Below, in pieces: positions 18,830 to 27,929 of a DNA stretch of 64,000 bases (positions are counted from its first letter, which is position 1; every line of letters begins with the position of its first letter). The translations under genes and the position numbers were made by a program. The stretch comes from a phage. A model generated the notes under the pieces. The model saw nothing but the letters and a program-made list of their open reading frames with translations. It had not been told where the DNA came from and searched no databases. Where the stretch lies: sequence record PZ445451.1; one strand, 5' to 3'.

Positions 18830-19339
18830 TTAGCGATAGAATTGATGTTCTTTGTAGCGGTACACTAGAACCATATCTTTTTCCCAGTGTGCTCTTATTG
18901 TAGATTTTTTAAAGTATAATGCTCCTTTTGTAATATCTAATGCAATTCGTAATTCTGGAAAATGCGTATCGAGATAAAGTAGACGTTCTGCTATAGCCTT
19001 AGCTTCCTTCCACTTATCACGTTCCATAACGTTGAATGTCTTTGTGTAAGAGAATTGTCCTTTTTGAAACAAAACTTCTTTTATAGTATCAGGGAAATAT
19101 GAATCTCTAGCCCTATTCAATACTACATTACCAACAGCAGACATACCGCGCTTTCCTTGATTACGACTTTCTGCATAGATTGCACAAGCTAATAGATTTT
19201 CTTTACTATCACGCTTTGTACACTTGTGAACTACTTTAGCAGTTTTTACGTTTGCAGCTTCGGCTTGCGCCACAACAGGTGTAAATGTAAAAGCAGTTAA
19301 GGATAGTAACGCAATTGCGACAAAGGTTTTTATTGACAA
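18830..19339 (-). CDS. Secreted cell-wall hydrolase (SleB-like), candidate endolysin
   Basis: Signal peptide MSIKTFVAIALLSLTAFTFTPVVAQA; CAIYAESRNQGKRGMSAVGNVVLNRAR...QKGQFS matches cell-wall hydrolase signature. Confidence 0.65.
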   Translation of the reverse strand: MSIKTFVAIALLSLTAFTFTPVVAQAEAANVKTAKVVHKCTKRDSKENLLACAIYAESRNQGKRGMSAVGNVVLNRARDSYFPDTIKEVLFQKGQFSYTKTFNVMERDKWKEAKAIAERLLYLDTHFPELRIALDITKGALYFKKSTIRAHWEKDMVLVYRYKEHQFYR

Positions 19340-19402
19340 ACTTGCCTCCTATTTTGTTAAACGAACTTTTATTGTAACACAGAAGAGGCTGTTTTGCAAG
19401 TG

Positions 19403-19421
19403 GAGGGGGATTATCCCCCTC
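19403..19421 (-). terminator. GC hairpin GAGGGGGA-TTA-TCCCCCTC
   Basis: 8 bp stem between two minus-strand genes; no clear U tract, so may be a stability or processing element. Confidence 0.3.
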
Positions 19422-19431
19422 TTAGACTCTG

Positions 19432-20034
19432 TTAGATATTGTAAACCTTTGTATGAGTTACTACACCATCTTCTACAAAATCAATACGTTCTTGATCCGT
19501 AACTAGTGCAGACAACACTTTAAATTTAATTTTTACACGTTCAAAAGCTGGTTGACCATCTTTAAGATAATTATGTTCGGTTGTCACTGTCTTGTTTACA
19601 AAATCAACTTTCGCTTTACCGTTTTCGCGCAAGTGGAATGTTTTTCCTGCTTTATACACAATTTCAACATTACCTTCGAGAGTAATTCCTTCAAAAAGTT
19701 CACCCTCTTCTTCATTTTCTTCACTTTTGAACAGACGACGAAACTCTTCCATATCAAGATAAACAACATCTTCAGAACAACTATCAGTAAGGTATGTCTT
19801 ACCATCCATTAACCCGAAATATTGCCAGATCGCAGAATAAACATCACTAGTTGATCCAAGGGTTTCCCTGAGTTTAGTTCCACGGATTACCTCATAAACT
19901 TCAAAACTGAAACCAGACTGCAAAGCATTAAACAGTACATCACTAACTTCTAAAGCATAATCTTCATTGTTGTCAATATCCACAAGAAAATTGCCGCTAC
20001 GAATAAGTTTTTGACCTTCTAAAGTAATACCCAT
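19432..20034 (-). CDS. Hypothetical protein
   Basis: 200 aa ORF; no recognisable motif. Confidence 0.5.
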   Translation of the reverse strand: MGITLEGQKLIRSGNFLVDIDNNEDYALEVSDVLFNALQSGFSFEVYEVIRGTKLRETLGSTSDVYSAIWQYFGLMDGKTYLTDSCSEDVVYLDMEEFRRLFKSEENEEEGELFEGITLEGNVEIVYKAGKTFHLRENGKAKVDFVNKTVTTEHNYLKDGQPAFERVKIKFKVLSALVTDQERIDFVEDGVVTHTKVYNI

Positions 20035-20061
20035 TGTTTTCTCCTCTTCTATTTAAAATAT

Positions 20062-20077
20062 GCGCCCCGAAGGGCGC
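20062..20077 (-). terminator. Hairpin GCGCCC-CGAA-GGGCGC after TerD gene
   Basis: 6 bp GC stem directly downstream of the TerD stop, followed by T-rich stretch on minus strand. Confidence 0.35.
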
Positions 20078-20086
20078 TATGATTTA

Positions 20087-20683
20087 TTACTCGAACCAAT
20101 CGTCGCCAGCGCCAAACGCTTTAACTACATCGTAAATGTCAAGCCCAGCTTTACCTACACCATATGCTTTCAGTTTCCATTCACTGTCTTCCCGTACCAG
20201 GGAGGCAACGTGGCAAATGGTGTTACCTGCAAGTTCTGGAGCCAAGAAGTCAAAGTCCAGCAGTTCAACATTACGTTCATCATCGAAGATTTTAAGGAAA
20301 CCTTCGGTAGCGTGACCAAGGCGTTTCTTACCCGTTTCGTCATCAATAGTAATTACGAATGCAATTTCCTGTGCTTCAGCAGAGATATTATCCAGTGTAA
20401 CATCAATCTGCTCCATTTGTCCTACACCGTCACGAACATCTTCACCTGCAAAAGTAGAACGTTCAGGATCAAATTTCTGTGCGTAGCATACCAGGTGGCG
20501 AGGAGACAACAGTTCCGGCAGACCAGATGCATTGTGTCGGCAAATCAGAGCACTAACATCCAGATCCAGTTTTTCGTTAGATTTCCAAGAGAATTCCAGA
20601 CGAATACGTTTCAGTGCTGGTGCGATCTTTTTCAGAGAAACTTTTTCGCTAGAACCTTTTTTCAGGGAAATTTTCTGAGTCAT
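20087..20683 (-). CDS. terD: TerD-family protein
   Basis: Blocks LDLDVSALIC, GEDVRDGVGQMEQIDVTL, acidic IDDETG and C-terminal WKLKAYGVGKAGLDIYDVVKAFG match the TerD fold pattern. Confidence 0.8.
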   Translation of the reverse strand: MTQKISLKKGSSEKVSLKKIAPALKRIRLEFSWKSNEKLDLDVSALICRHNASGLPELLSPRHLVCYAQKFDPERSTFAGEDVRDGVGQMEQIDVTLDNISAEAQEIAFVITIDDETGKKRLGHATEGFLKIFDDERNVELLDFDFLAPELAGNTICHVASLVREDSEWKLKAYGVGKAGLDIYDVVKAFGAGDDWFE

Positions 20684-20755
20684 AATTTATTATCTCCTTT
20701 GTTGTTAATTTACGTTGTCTATTTTACTAATCTTTTCTACAAAGTCAAGCGTTTT

Positions 20756-21550
20756 TTACGCTTTTGCTCCAAATTTTTTAACCCACTCACCAAACTCTTC
20801 GGATAGTAGTTTATCGTAAAGTTCTTCGTCAGACAAGGACAAATCTGCAATACCGATAAAATCAACATTATCATATTCTTTTGCCAAGTCTTTCAGGAAT
20901 TTAAAGTTTGCATTACCTACACCAACCATAAACCAGTAAACAGGTGTATTGCGGTGTTTGTTCAGTAAGCTACGTACTGCTGAAGTATCCATGTTCTCCC
21001 CGTCAGTTTGGAAGAAAATCATTGCAGGAGTACGATCAACTTGTGCATCAGTATCTACAACCTGTTCTACAACAGTACGTGTAACTTCTACAAGTTCTTT
21101 TTTACCAGTTAGTTTAGCAAGGAAACCCTTAGCCGGAACTTCTTCATACTCAACGACTTCGCGTGTAATATTTTTCATAGGTACACTACCGAAGTATGTA
21201 TCATAGATCTCTTGCATTACTGGGGCATAAGCTGTACCACCATTGATGCAAACATTAGACATACAAGAGCCGACATAATCATCATATACATCAGCCGTTG
21301 CAGGAGGCAGTTCAAAAGAAGAACTATTGAAAGCCCACATGTCAATCTGTGCATTATCATCAAACTTCATACCAAACGGCAGCAGCTTACCTACAAAATC
21401 ACTAACAGTGCCATCACGATACAGCTCACACATACTACCCGAAATGTCTAAGGCGCTACCGACACGAAGAACAACATCGTTAATCTTTTTCTTACGCAGA
21501 GATACAGTAAGAGTTTCTTGACGTTTTTTAAGACTGATTTTATTGGACAT
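20756..21550 (-). CDS. von Willebrand factor A domain protein (TerY-like)
   Basis: MIDAS-type DISGSM motif, later FQTDGE; adjacent to TerD as in bacterial ter loci. Confidence 0.7.
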   Translation of the reverse strand: MSNKISLKKRQETLTVSLRKKKINDVVLRVGSALDISGSMCELYRDGTVSDFVGKLLPFGMKFDDNAQIDMWAFNSSSFELPPATADVYDDYVGSCMSNVCINGGTAYAPVMQEIYDTYFGSVPMKNITREVVEYEEVPAKGFLAKLTGKKELVEVTRTVVEQVVDTDAQVDRTPAMIFFQTDGENMDTSAVRSLLNKHRNTPVYWFMVGVGNANFKFLKDLAKEYDNVDFIGIADLSLSDEELYDKLLSEEFGEWVKKFGAKA

Positions 21551-21551
21551 A

Positions 21552-21821
21552 TTATTTCTCCTTTCTGAGTGTAATGTTAGTAACTTCTAAATCCACTTCT
21601 ACCATTTCTGTATCATATGAAATACAGCTAAGTTGACCTCTTTGTGAACCGTTCAGACACATCGCTTGGTTTGTATTAACCTTAATAAACACTAAGTTTC
21701 TGAACGTATCTAAACCAGAATCTTGATAGGCAACATAATATACAAATGTATCACCTGCGTCAAGTTCTCCAAAACATTTAGGTTCATCTGATTTGTCGTC
21801 TTTGATATTAAATTTAAGCAC
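21552..21821 (-). CDS. Hypothetical protein
   Basis: 89 aa ORF within Ter-like cluster. Confidence 0.45.
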   Translation of the reverse strand: MLKFNIKDDKSDEPKCFGELDAGDTFVYYVAYQDSGLDTFRNLVFIKVNTNQAMCLNGSQRGQLSCISYDTEMVEVDLEVTNITLRKEK

Positions 21822-22377
21822 TATCTCCTCCTTTACCTACTTTCCAACCTAAATAGAAAGCCTCTCTGGTGATTTTTTGCAACTCGTTTAAAGAGATAGT
21901 TACAACTAAATCATCTTCAATTTCTAGCTTTGAGTCTTCTTCTGTCTCAATGCAAGTATTATGCACTTTGTGGTAAGGATTGTCAACACGTTTAAATTTA
22001 TTATTTTCAGTGCTGAAGAAGCAATCTGGATCTTCTTCTCCATCACCCCAACCCTGGTTAGGGTCTTCTTCAGATCTTTCTGTTGGGATTTCACCTGTAA
22101 AGTGCTCTTCTAACACCATAGCAATACCATCCCCAAGATCGGAAGAGAACATCAAATTACAAACTTCTTCCCAAGGCATAGACCACTTGAATCTTTTACG
22201 ATTGCCATGTTTATCTTCTTCGTTAGAGAAAACACTACCATAGCTATCATAATTGCCATACATCTCTTCAACAACTTTACCACCTTTCAAAAGAAATAGG
22301 TAGCAAGGAGAGCCATCGAAAGAGGTAGAAAGAGCAGCATTACCAGACTCTTTGCACAAGAAACTAAAACATCCCAT
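21814..22377 (-). CDS. Hypothetical acidic protein
   Basis: 187 aa ORF within Ter-like cluster. Confidence 0.5.
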   Translation of the reverse strand: MGCFSFLCKESGNAALSTSFDGSPCYLFLLKGGKVVEEMYGNYDSYGSVFSNEEDKHGNRKRFKWSMPWEEVCNLMFSSDLGDGIAMVLEEHFTGEIPTERSEEDPNQGWGDGEEDPDCFFSTENNKFKRVDNPYHKVHNTCIETEEDSKLEIEDDLVVTISLNELQKITREAFYLGWKVGKGGDSA

Positions 22378-22577
22378 TATACACCAGCCTTAAGATCAAT
22401 TATAGCCAAAGTTGTTTCAGAGTGTGTTTGCTCGTCTACAGGTGCAGTCATATGATAATACAAAAAATCTTCAACATCATACCAATCTGACTCTTGACCT
22501 TGTTTCCAACCATCAATGAAAGCATCTTCCATAATGGTTTGTAACTCTTCACGAGTTAAGTGAATATCTTTACTCAT
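22377..22577 (-). CDS. Hypothetical small protein
   Basis: 66 aa ORF with start/stop overlap to neighbours. Confidence 0.4.
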   Translation of the reverse strand: MSKDIHLTREELQTIMEDAFIDGWKQGQESDWYDVEDFLYYHMTAPVDEQTHSETTLAIIDLKAGV

Positions 22578-22810
22578 TACACATTCTCCTCTTTTACCAA
22601 TTCCATCGTTGAACTATCAAAACCATCTTTAGAAGAATAGGTATAGACAGAACGTAGTTCTCGCAGGACAGTAAATACATTAGGATCATCTAACCAAGCA
22701 TCCTGGAGGAGAACATAACGATCTTCATTGTCGTACTGGACAGCGATCATAGAACCAGACAGTTTGTAAATTTTAATATTCATAATATATTTCTCCTTAA
22801 AGTAGACCAC
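22577..22810 (-). CDS. Hypothetical small protein
   Basis: 77 aa ORF, translationally coupled. Confidence 0.4.
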   Translation of the reverse strand: MVYFKEKYIMNIKIYKLSGSMIAVQYDNEDRYVLLQDAWLDDPNVFTVLRELRSVYTYSSKDGFDSSTMELVKEENV

Positions 22811-23900
22811 GTTTAACAGTTTGAATCATACCATCTTCAAGAGATTGCACTTCTTGAATGTAATCAATACGAGCAGCACGGGCTTCAGTGTTGATTCGGT
22901 TAGTTTCTTCCAACATTTTAACTAAGTTTTCTTGATCACGACGTAATGTTTCAATATCCAATACTTGACGATTAGCAAGTTGTGTAGCTTCAATCTGGTT
23001 TTGTGCAGCCAGATCACTACCCATTGCAATAGCAGCATTAAATTCATTCAGTACGTTGTTCTGTGTATCGGCTGCTTTCTTCTGGCGTAGACTTTCAATA
23101 TACATAGAAAAGTTTGCAGAGTAAGCAGGGATAACGTTATTCACAATATTACGGGCTGATCGCATCAAACTTGCAGATACTTTCTGCATACTTTGTACAC
23201 GTGGCCCCATCTGAACACAGAGTAAACGTAAGGCTTTCAGGTCTGCAATACGAATTTCAAGCAGATCCATAGTATCACGAGTACGTTTACGCTCTTCTAC
23301 TTCATTTTCAGGTAGTGTATTAAGGCGAACTTCTTCTTTTTCATAAGTAGCTGTTAGAAGCTCTATATCCCTGTTTAAGCTAAGAGCATATTTTGCAATA
23401 GCCTCTTCTAAACGTTGCAGATATCGTAAAGAATCTTCTTCTTTTTTCAAGTCTGTTTGGAGTATCTTTACCAAACCTTCAATACGGTTATTGATGGTGT
23501 CAAATTCTCCAAACAAATCTTCTTTCATACCTAAAACTTTCTTAACTAGTTTACCTAAACCTTTAGATTGTTTAATAGAGTTAGGATCAAGTTGCTTTGC
23601 TTGCTTAATAAGTGCAGTTAAACGTTCACTCATTTCATCTCCCTGAGATGAACGCTGGTGTTTAAGCACTTCAGCATTAAGGTTACGAAGAGTAAGTCCT
23701 GCATCAGCACCAACCTGTTCAATCTCTTCACGAGACATTGGAGGCAGCATTTGTACAGGGCGTGCAACAGCAGGGGCATATACAGGACTTGCATCCATAG
23801 CACTTGGAGCAAACAAAGACTTACTTTTTTCTGTTGTTGCCGTGAATACACTCATTTCAGACGGTTTGCTTTTTACGGCACTGATAAAAGGACTGGACAT
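22797..23900 (-). CDS. TelA-like (toxic anion resistance family) coiled-coil protein
   Basis: 367 aa largely alpha-helical/coiled-coil protein of TelA size, flanked by TerD, vWA and TerC genes; assignment from context and composition. Confidence 0.45.
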   Translation of the reverse strand: MSSPFISAVKSKPSEMSVFTATTEKSKSLFAPSAMDASPVYAPAVARPVQMLPPMSREEIEQVGADAGLTLRNLNAEVLKHQRSSQGDEMSERLTALIKQAKQLDPNSIKQSKGLGKLVKKVLGMKEDLFGEFDTINNRIEGLVKILQTDLKKEEDSLRYLQRLEEAIAKYALSLNRDIELLTATYEKEEVRLNTLPENEVEERKRTRDTMDLLEIRIADLKALRLLCVQMGPRVQSMQKVSASLMRSARNIVNNVIPAYSANFSMYIESLRQKKAADTQNNVLNEFNAAIAMGSDLAAQNQIEATQLANRQVLDIETLRRDQENLVKMLEETNRINTEARAARIDYIQEVQSLEDGMIQTVKRGLL

Positions 23901-23968
23901 TCAATTTCCTCCATATTCTTTAGTAGATGGTGATACCTCTGTACCACCATCATAACACAAATTAAGTA

Positions 23969-24820
23969 TTAAACAAACATATCTAAATAATTTGTAGTAA
24001 TAAATGCTCCATCTGCTTCCAGATTAACATAACCAGTAGCATTAGTGGTTAAGAAATCCAGATCGAAGGACTCTTTAACACCACGTACCTCAACACGAGA
24101 AATATCGAATACAGGTAGTGTAACAGCCTCTTCGTGCAATACCGTACCTTTGTAGGTTGCCTTAATGATAAACTTGATATTACCCGTTCCCGCATCATAC
24201 AAAACACTTTCAAAGCCTTTGAGAGTATACTTATCACCAGAGGTGAAGTGCAAAGTTGCTTTGTTTACAGTACGTTTTTTACGAGGAGTTCCTTTCACAC
24301 GTTTATGATCACTACGTTTTTTGTATTTAGGAATGAATACAAACGATACACTCTCAAGAAAGGTATCAACATCAAGGATTTTAATATCCTCTGTTGCAGC
24401 AAATTTTGAAGTCGTTGCATCAAAATGCTTTTCCCTGCGATCATACATAAAGATATCAAAACGATCTTCTAAATCAAACAAATTATGTATCTTAATTTCA
24501 GAATGTTTGCACATTGCAGCAACCTTAAACTCTTCAAAACGTGGGTGTTCTACAAGCTCTTCAAGTTTTACACCAAAGACAGTATATTGCTTCGAAGTCT
24601 TTTCTGGTGTTGGCATTACAGAAGCATAGTCCCCGATTGCGCTCTTAAAGCAAAATTGCTCTTGACCTGTATTTTTACCAACGAATTTACAGTATTCGTC
24701 ATCGTGCATACTTTCTTTGGTAGTACCAACAAACTCAAAACCATCTTTATTCTTCTCAAGAATTTCTTGATTAAAGATCCAACCTTCCAGGCGATACACT
24801 TTACCAACTTCTAGTTTCAT
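23969..24820 (-). CDS. Hypothetical protein
   Basis: 283 aa ORF within Ter-like cluster. Confidence 0.5.
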   Translation of the reverse strand: MKLEVGKVYRLEGWIFNQEILEKNKDGFEFVGTTKESMHDDEYCKFVGKNTGQEQFCFKSAIGDYASVMPTPEKTSKQYTVFGVKLEELVEHPRFEEFKVAAMCKHSEIKIHNLFDLEDRFDIFMYDRREKHFDATTSKFAATEDIKILDVDTFLESVSFVFIPKYKKRSDHKRVKGTPRKKRTVNKATLHFTSGDKYTLKGFESVLYDAGTGNIKFIIKATYKGTVLHEEAVTLPVFDISRVEVRGVKESFDLDFLTTNATGYVNLEADGAFITTNYLDMFV

Positions 24821-24855
24821 CTGTTTCTCCTTCTTATTTAATCTGTATTAAATTA

Positions 24856-25446
24856 TTAACGACGACGTGAGCTACTAAAACTACGTTTCGACGAAGAATA
24901 ACTTTTCGAAGACTTACTATAAGAGCTAATAGGACTTGAGTAAGACTTACGAGCAGAGTAATCACTATTCACTTTTGTTGTTGATGGGCGTGAATACGTT
25001 TGTACACTTTGCTGCTTAATTGTGTTTTGTTTAGTGGTTGTATATGTATTTACAGGTTTATCATAAAAACTACGCTTTTGTGTTGTATATGATTTACTGT
25101 TAGTTGTAGGAGCAGCATTGTTATTAATAATGGTTGTATTGCTACCGCCATCTCTATAACCACCACCGCCACTATTACCACTCAACATATGACCAAGAAG
25201 CATACCTGTAGCAAATTCACCTACACCAGAAGAACTACTACCACCTCCTTGCACAACAACTGTTGAAGGTTGTGCAGGTGCTGCTTGAACAACTTGAGGT
25301 GCAGGTTGATTTACATATTGTTCATCTACCATCTGATTTGGTGTTTGTTGGTAACGTTGATTTTGTACATTTTCAGAATCATCACAACCTACCAGCAATG
25401 CACTACCTAATACAACTGCAACAATAAAAGATTTAATGTTTTTCAT
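24856..25446 (-). CDS. Lipoprotein with low-complexity Q/S/T-rich region
   Basis: Start at internal ATG after GAGGG; signal peptide ending in LLVGC lipobox; serine-rich basic tail. Confidence 0.55.
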   Translation of the reverse strand: MKNIKSFIVAVVLGSALLVGCDDSENVQNQRYQQTPNQMVDEQYVNQPAPQVVQAAPAQPSTVVVQGGGSSSSGVGEFATGMLLGHMLSGNSGGGGYRDGGSNTTIINNNAAPTTNSKSYTTQKRSFYDKPVNTYTTTKQNTIKQQSVQTYSRPSTTKVNSDYSARKSYSSPISSYSKSSKSYSSSKRSFSSSRRR

Positions 25447-25639
25447 TTGTAACCCTCTCATTTAAAGTCTCAACACAATTTTTAAAATCCCTAGAGAAAC
25501 AATACATCTGTTCTCCGTTCCTGTTGATAGTAATTGTATGGTTATCAATGTATGTTGTCAAGATAAAAATCAAACAAAATAACCCTAAAGCAAAACAAAT
25601 ATTTTCAAACAGAATCCAAAGAACACGTAAAACCACCAT
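25433..25639 (-). CDS. Small membrane protein
   Basis: 68 aa ORF with one hydrophobic helix (FALGLFCLIFILTTYI). Confidence 0.35.
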   Translation of the reverse strand: MVVLRVLWILFENICFALGLFCLIFILTTYIDNHTITINRNGEQMYCFSRDFKNCVETLNERVTNEKH

Positions 25640-25654
25640 CAGATCACCTCAACA

Positions 25655-25672
25655 AAGCCCCCGAAGGGGCTT
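25655..25672 (-). terminator. Hairpin AAGCCCC-CGAA-GGGGCTT after TerC gene
   Basis: 7 bp stem followed by TTTGTT on minus strand. Confidence 0.5.
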
Positions 25673-25678
25673 AATGAA

Positions 25679-26656
25679 TTAAGCAACAGTCTGGTCTTCT
25701 TTTTCAGGGAAGATTAAACTTGCAATAACACCCAGCCCCAGAGTACCTAACACAATATACATACTGATCGTCGGATCAATGTGTGCTGGCAGGAAACTCA
25801 CTTTTGCGTGCAGAGTTTCTGCAAACGGGTGATACATCAGTTTTACACCCACAAATACCAGGACTACGATAACTGCTTTCTCCAGATGAACCAAATATTT
25901 CAGTGCAACACTAAGGACAAAGAACAGAGCACGTAGACCTAAAATTGCACACAGCATTGAAGAAAATACAAGCAGAGGTTCTTGTGTCACTGCAATTACT
26001 GCTGGAACAGAGTCTACTGCAAAGATTACGTCAACCATTTCCATTACAAACACACAAACCAGAGCCGGAGTTGCTACACGAACACCATTTTTGATTGTGA
26101 AGAACTTCTCACCATCCATCTGATCAGATACAGGGAACAGCTTACGAACAATGCGAGTAACCCAGTGTTTAGAGTAATCAACTTCTGCGTCATTATCTCC
26201 AGCGAATACCATTTTAGCTGCACAGAAAAGGATGACCGCACCGAAGAAGATATTAACATACCAGCCCAAACTCAACAAGTAAGTGCCTACTGCTACAAAC
26301 ACACCTCGGAAGACAATCGCACCTGCAATACCCCAAAGTAGAATCTTGTGTTGCAAGTGTGTGCTTTTAATACCAAAACTTGCGAATACTGCCACAAATA
26401 CTACTAAGTTATCTACAGAAAGAGATTTCTCCAACACATACCCACTCAAGAACAAGCTCGCAAAATCAGCACCGTGTTGGAAGTATACAAAACCATAGTA
26501 GGCTAATGATACCCCAATCCAGAAAATTGACCAACCAACTGCCGATTTAAATGAAATCTCTTTGTTTTCTCTGTGTCCAAAGAAATCAATACAAATCGAC
26601 AACACTAAAATACCCACTAAAACAACCACATCAATAATTGGGAAACCCAGTTGCAT
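25679..26656 (-). CDS. terC: TerC-family integral membrane protein
   Basis: Multi-pass membrane protein with SLSVDNLVVFVAVFASFGI, the DNxxVF signature of TerC. Confidence 0.85.
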   Translation of the reverse strand: MQLGFPIIDVVVLVGILVLSICIDFFGHRENKEISFKSAVGWSIFWIGVSLAYYGFVYFQHGADFASLFLSGYVLEKSLSVDNLVVFVAVFASFGIKSTHLQHKILLWGIAGAIVFRGVFVAVGTYLLSLGWYVNIFFGAVILFCAAKMVFAGDNDAEVDYSKHWVTRIVRKLFPVSDQMDGEKFFTIKNGVRVATPALVCVFVMEMVDVIFAVDSVPAVIAVTQEPLLVFSSMLCAILGLRALFFVLSVALKYLVHLEKAVIVVLVFVGVKLMYHPFAETLHAKVSFLPAHIDPTISMYIVLGTLGLGVIASLIFPEKEDQTVA

Positions 26657-26733
26657 TCTCTTCTCCTCTTTAATGCGGAGGACAATCCTCCGCTCTATGT
26701 CTTATACTATAAACTGTTTTTAAAGAAAGTCAA

Positions 26734-26982
26734 CTAGTTCAGTTCTGTAATTTTAAGTTTATCTTCTTTGTTAATGATAGGGAAAGCTACAGCATCACCT
26801 ACATCATCAATAAAGCAAATAGCAAGACCACCTTCCACTTTGCTAACCTGACCGTTAAAGGCATGATACGGGGCAGGAACTTCATCCCCATCTTCAATGA
26901 GAATAGCCTCGTAAACCTTGCCGATAGTACAATCACGGGTGTTTATAAATTTTTCAAGCACTTCAACATTTACTTTACGCAT
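26734..26982 (-). CDS. Hypothetical small protein
   Basis: 82 aa ORF upstream of TerC. Confidence 0.45.
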   Translation of the reverse strand: MRKVNVEVLEKFINTRDCTIGKVYEAILIEDGDEVPAPYHAFNGQVSKVEGGLAICFIDDVGDAVAFPIINKEDKLKITELN

Positions 26983-26996
26983 ATAAAGATCCTCTC

Positions 26997-27203
26997 TTAT
27001 TTGTTAGATTGAAAGATACCACGGAGTACCGCAAGAATGAACGTCACACAGACTACACTCCAAAACGTTACAGGAACATGATGCCAGTCTAAGCCGATAA
27101 TGTCAATCATATAATTGTATGCTAAAAGCAGTAGCCAACTAGGGATTAACACAATCAAGAACACAACAATAAAACAACCTAATACTGCTAAAACACCTGC
27201 CAT
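26997..27203 (-). CDS. Small two-helix membrane protein
   Basis: 68 aa, two hydrophobic segments. Confidence 0.45.
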   Translation of the reverse strand: MAGVLAVLGCFIVVFLIVLIPSWLLLLAYNYMIDIIGLDWHHVPVTFWSVVCVTFILAVLRGIFQSNK

Positions 27204-27212
27204 ACTTTCTCC

Positions 27213-27929
27213 TTATTTCAGTTTGTAAACAATTACATTTAAACCTTTGTTTACTAGAGTTTCTTCGATCATAAGTTTTACAATATTCCAAGAACCTCCA
27301 GCCAAACCACAACCAAGCATTGGTAAACCTACAATTTTACCGCCTGAAGATACAACATCGTCTCCCATACTATCTAGCGCATTGTAGATAGCTTCATAAT
27401 TCAGGTCACGCTTACCTTCCTCACGACTACTATAACCATATTGTCCATATAAATTATAAATTGTCAAATTGTTTTCTGTATATTTGGTAAACGTACCTAA
27501 TTTTTTATAATCACCACGTTTAGTGGCACAATCTGCTTTAAACGCACCAGGCCACTTGCTTTTAATTTTTGGTGCAATACCACTACCCATAGTGCAAAAA
27601 CAGTTACAGCAGTGTGCTATAGCGTCTATATCGCCTCTCTCGGCTGCTGCTAAAAGATCACCGTATACCTCAACGATACCTGCTGGATAACTTGTTACAA
27701 TTTCATCTTCCCAGTACATTTTCTCTACACCACCGATCAGTGCAAAGTTTTGTGTAATGCGATCATCAATATAGTTAAGACCTGAAACATACACAGCGTA
27801 TTCATCCTGTGCTGTAATACCTTGCACACGAATTCTTAAGACACCATCTTTATCTGTTGCTACACGCCCAAAATCTTTTTCTGTAATATTGGTGATAGGA
27901 TCTCCGAAAGTCATTACTTTATTAGACAT
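27213..27929 (-). CDS. Rossmann-like nucleotide-processing domain protein (macro- or LOG/SLOG-like)
   Basis: DAIAHCCNCFCTMGSGIA and VGLPMLGCGLAGGSW Gly-rich loops resembling macro or LOG motifs; start set at ATG after AAGGGG, overlapping PRTase stop by 8 nt. Confidence 0.45.
   Translation of the reverse strand: MSNKVMTFGDPITNITEKDFGRVATDKDGVLRIRVQGITAQDEYAVYVSGLNYIDDRITQNFALIGGVEKMYWEDEIVTSYPAGIVEVYGDLLAAAERGDIDAIAHCCNCFCTMGSGIAPKIKSKWPGAFKADCATKRGDYKKLGTFTKYTENNLTIYNLYGQYGYSSREEGKRDLNYEAIYNALDSMGDDVVSSGGKIVGLPMLGCGLAGGSWNIVKLMIEETLVNKGLNVIVYKLK

Noticed and set aside
19403-19421. GC hairpin GAGGGGGA-TTA-TCCCCCTC as a standard intrinsic terminator
   Set aside because: No U tract on either strand; kept only as a low-confidence structural element.
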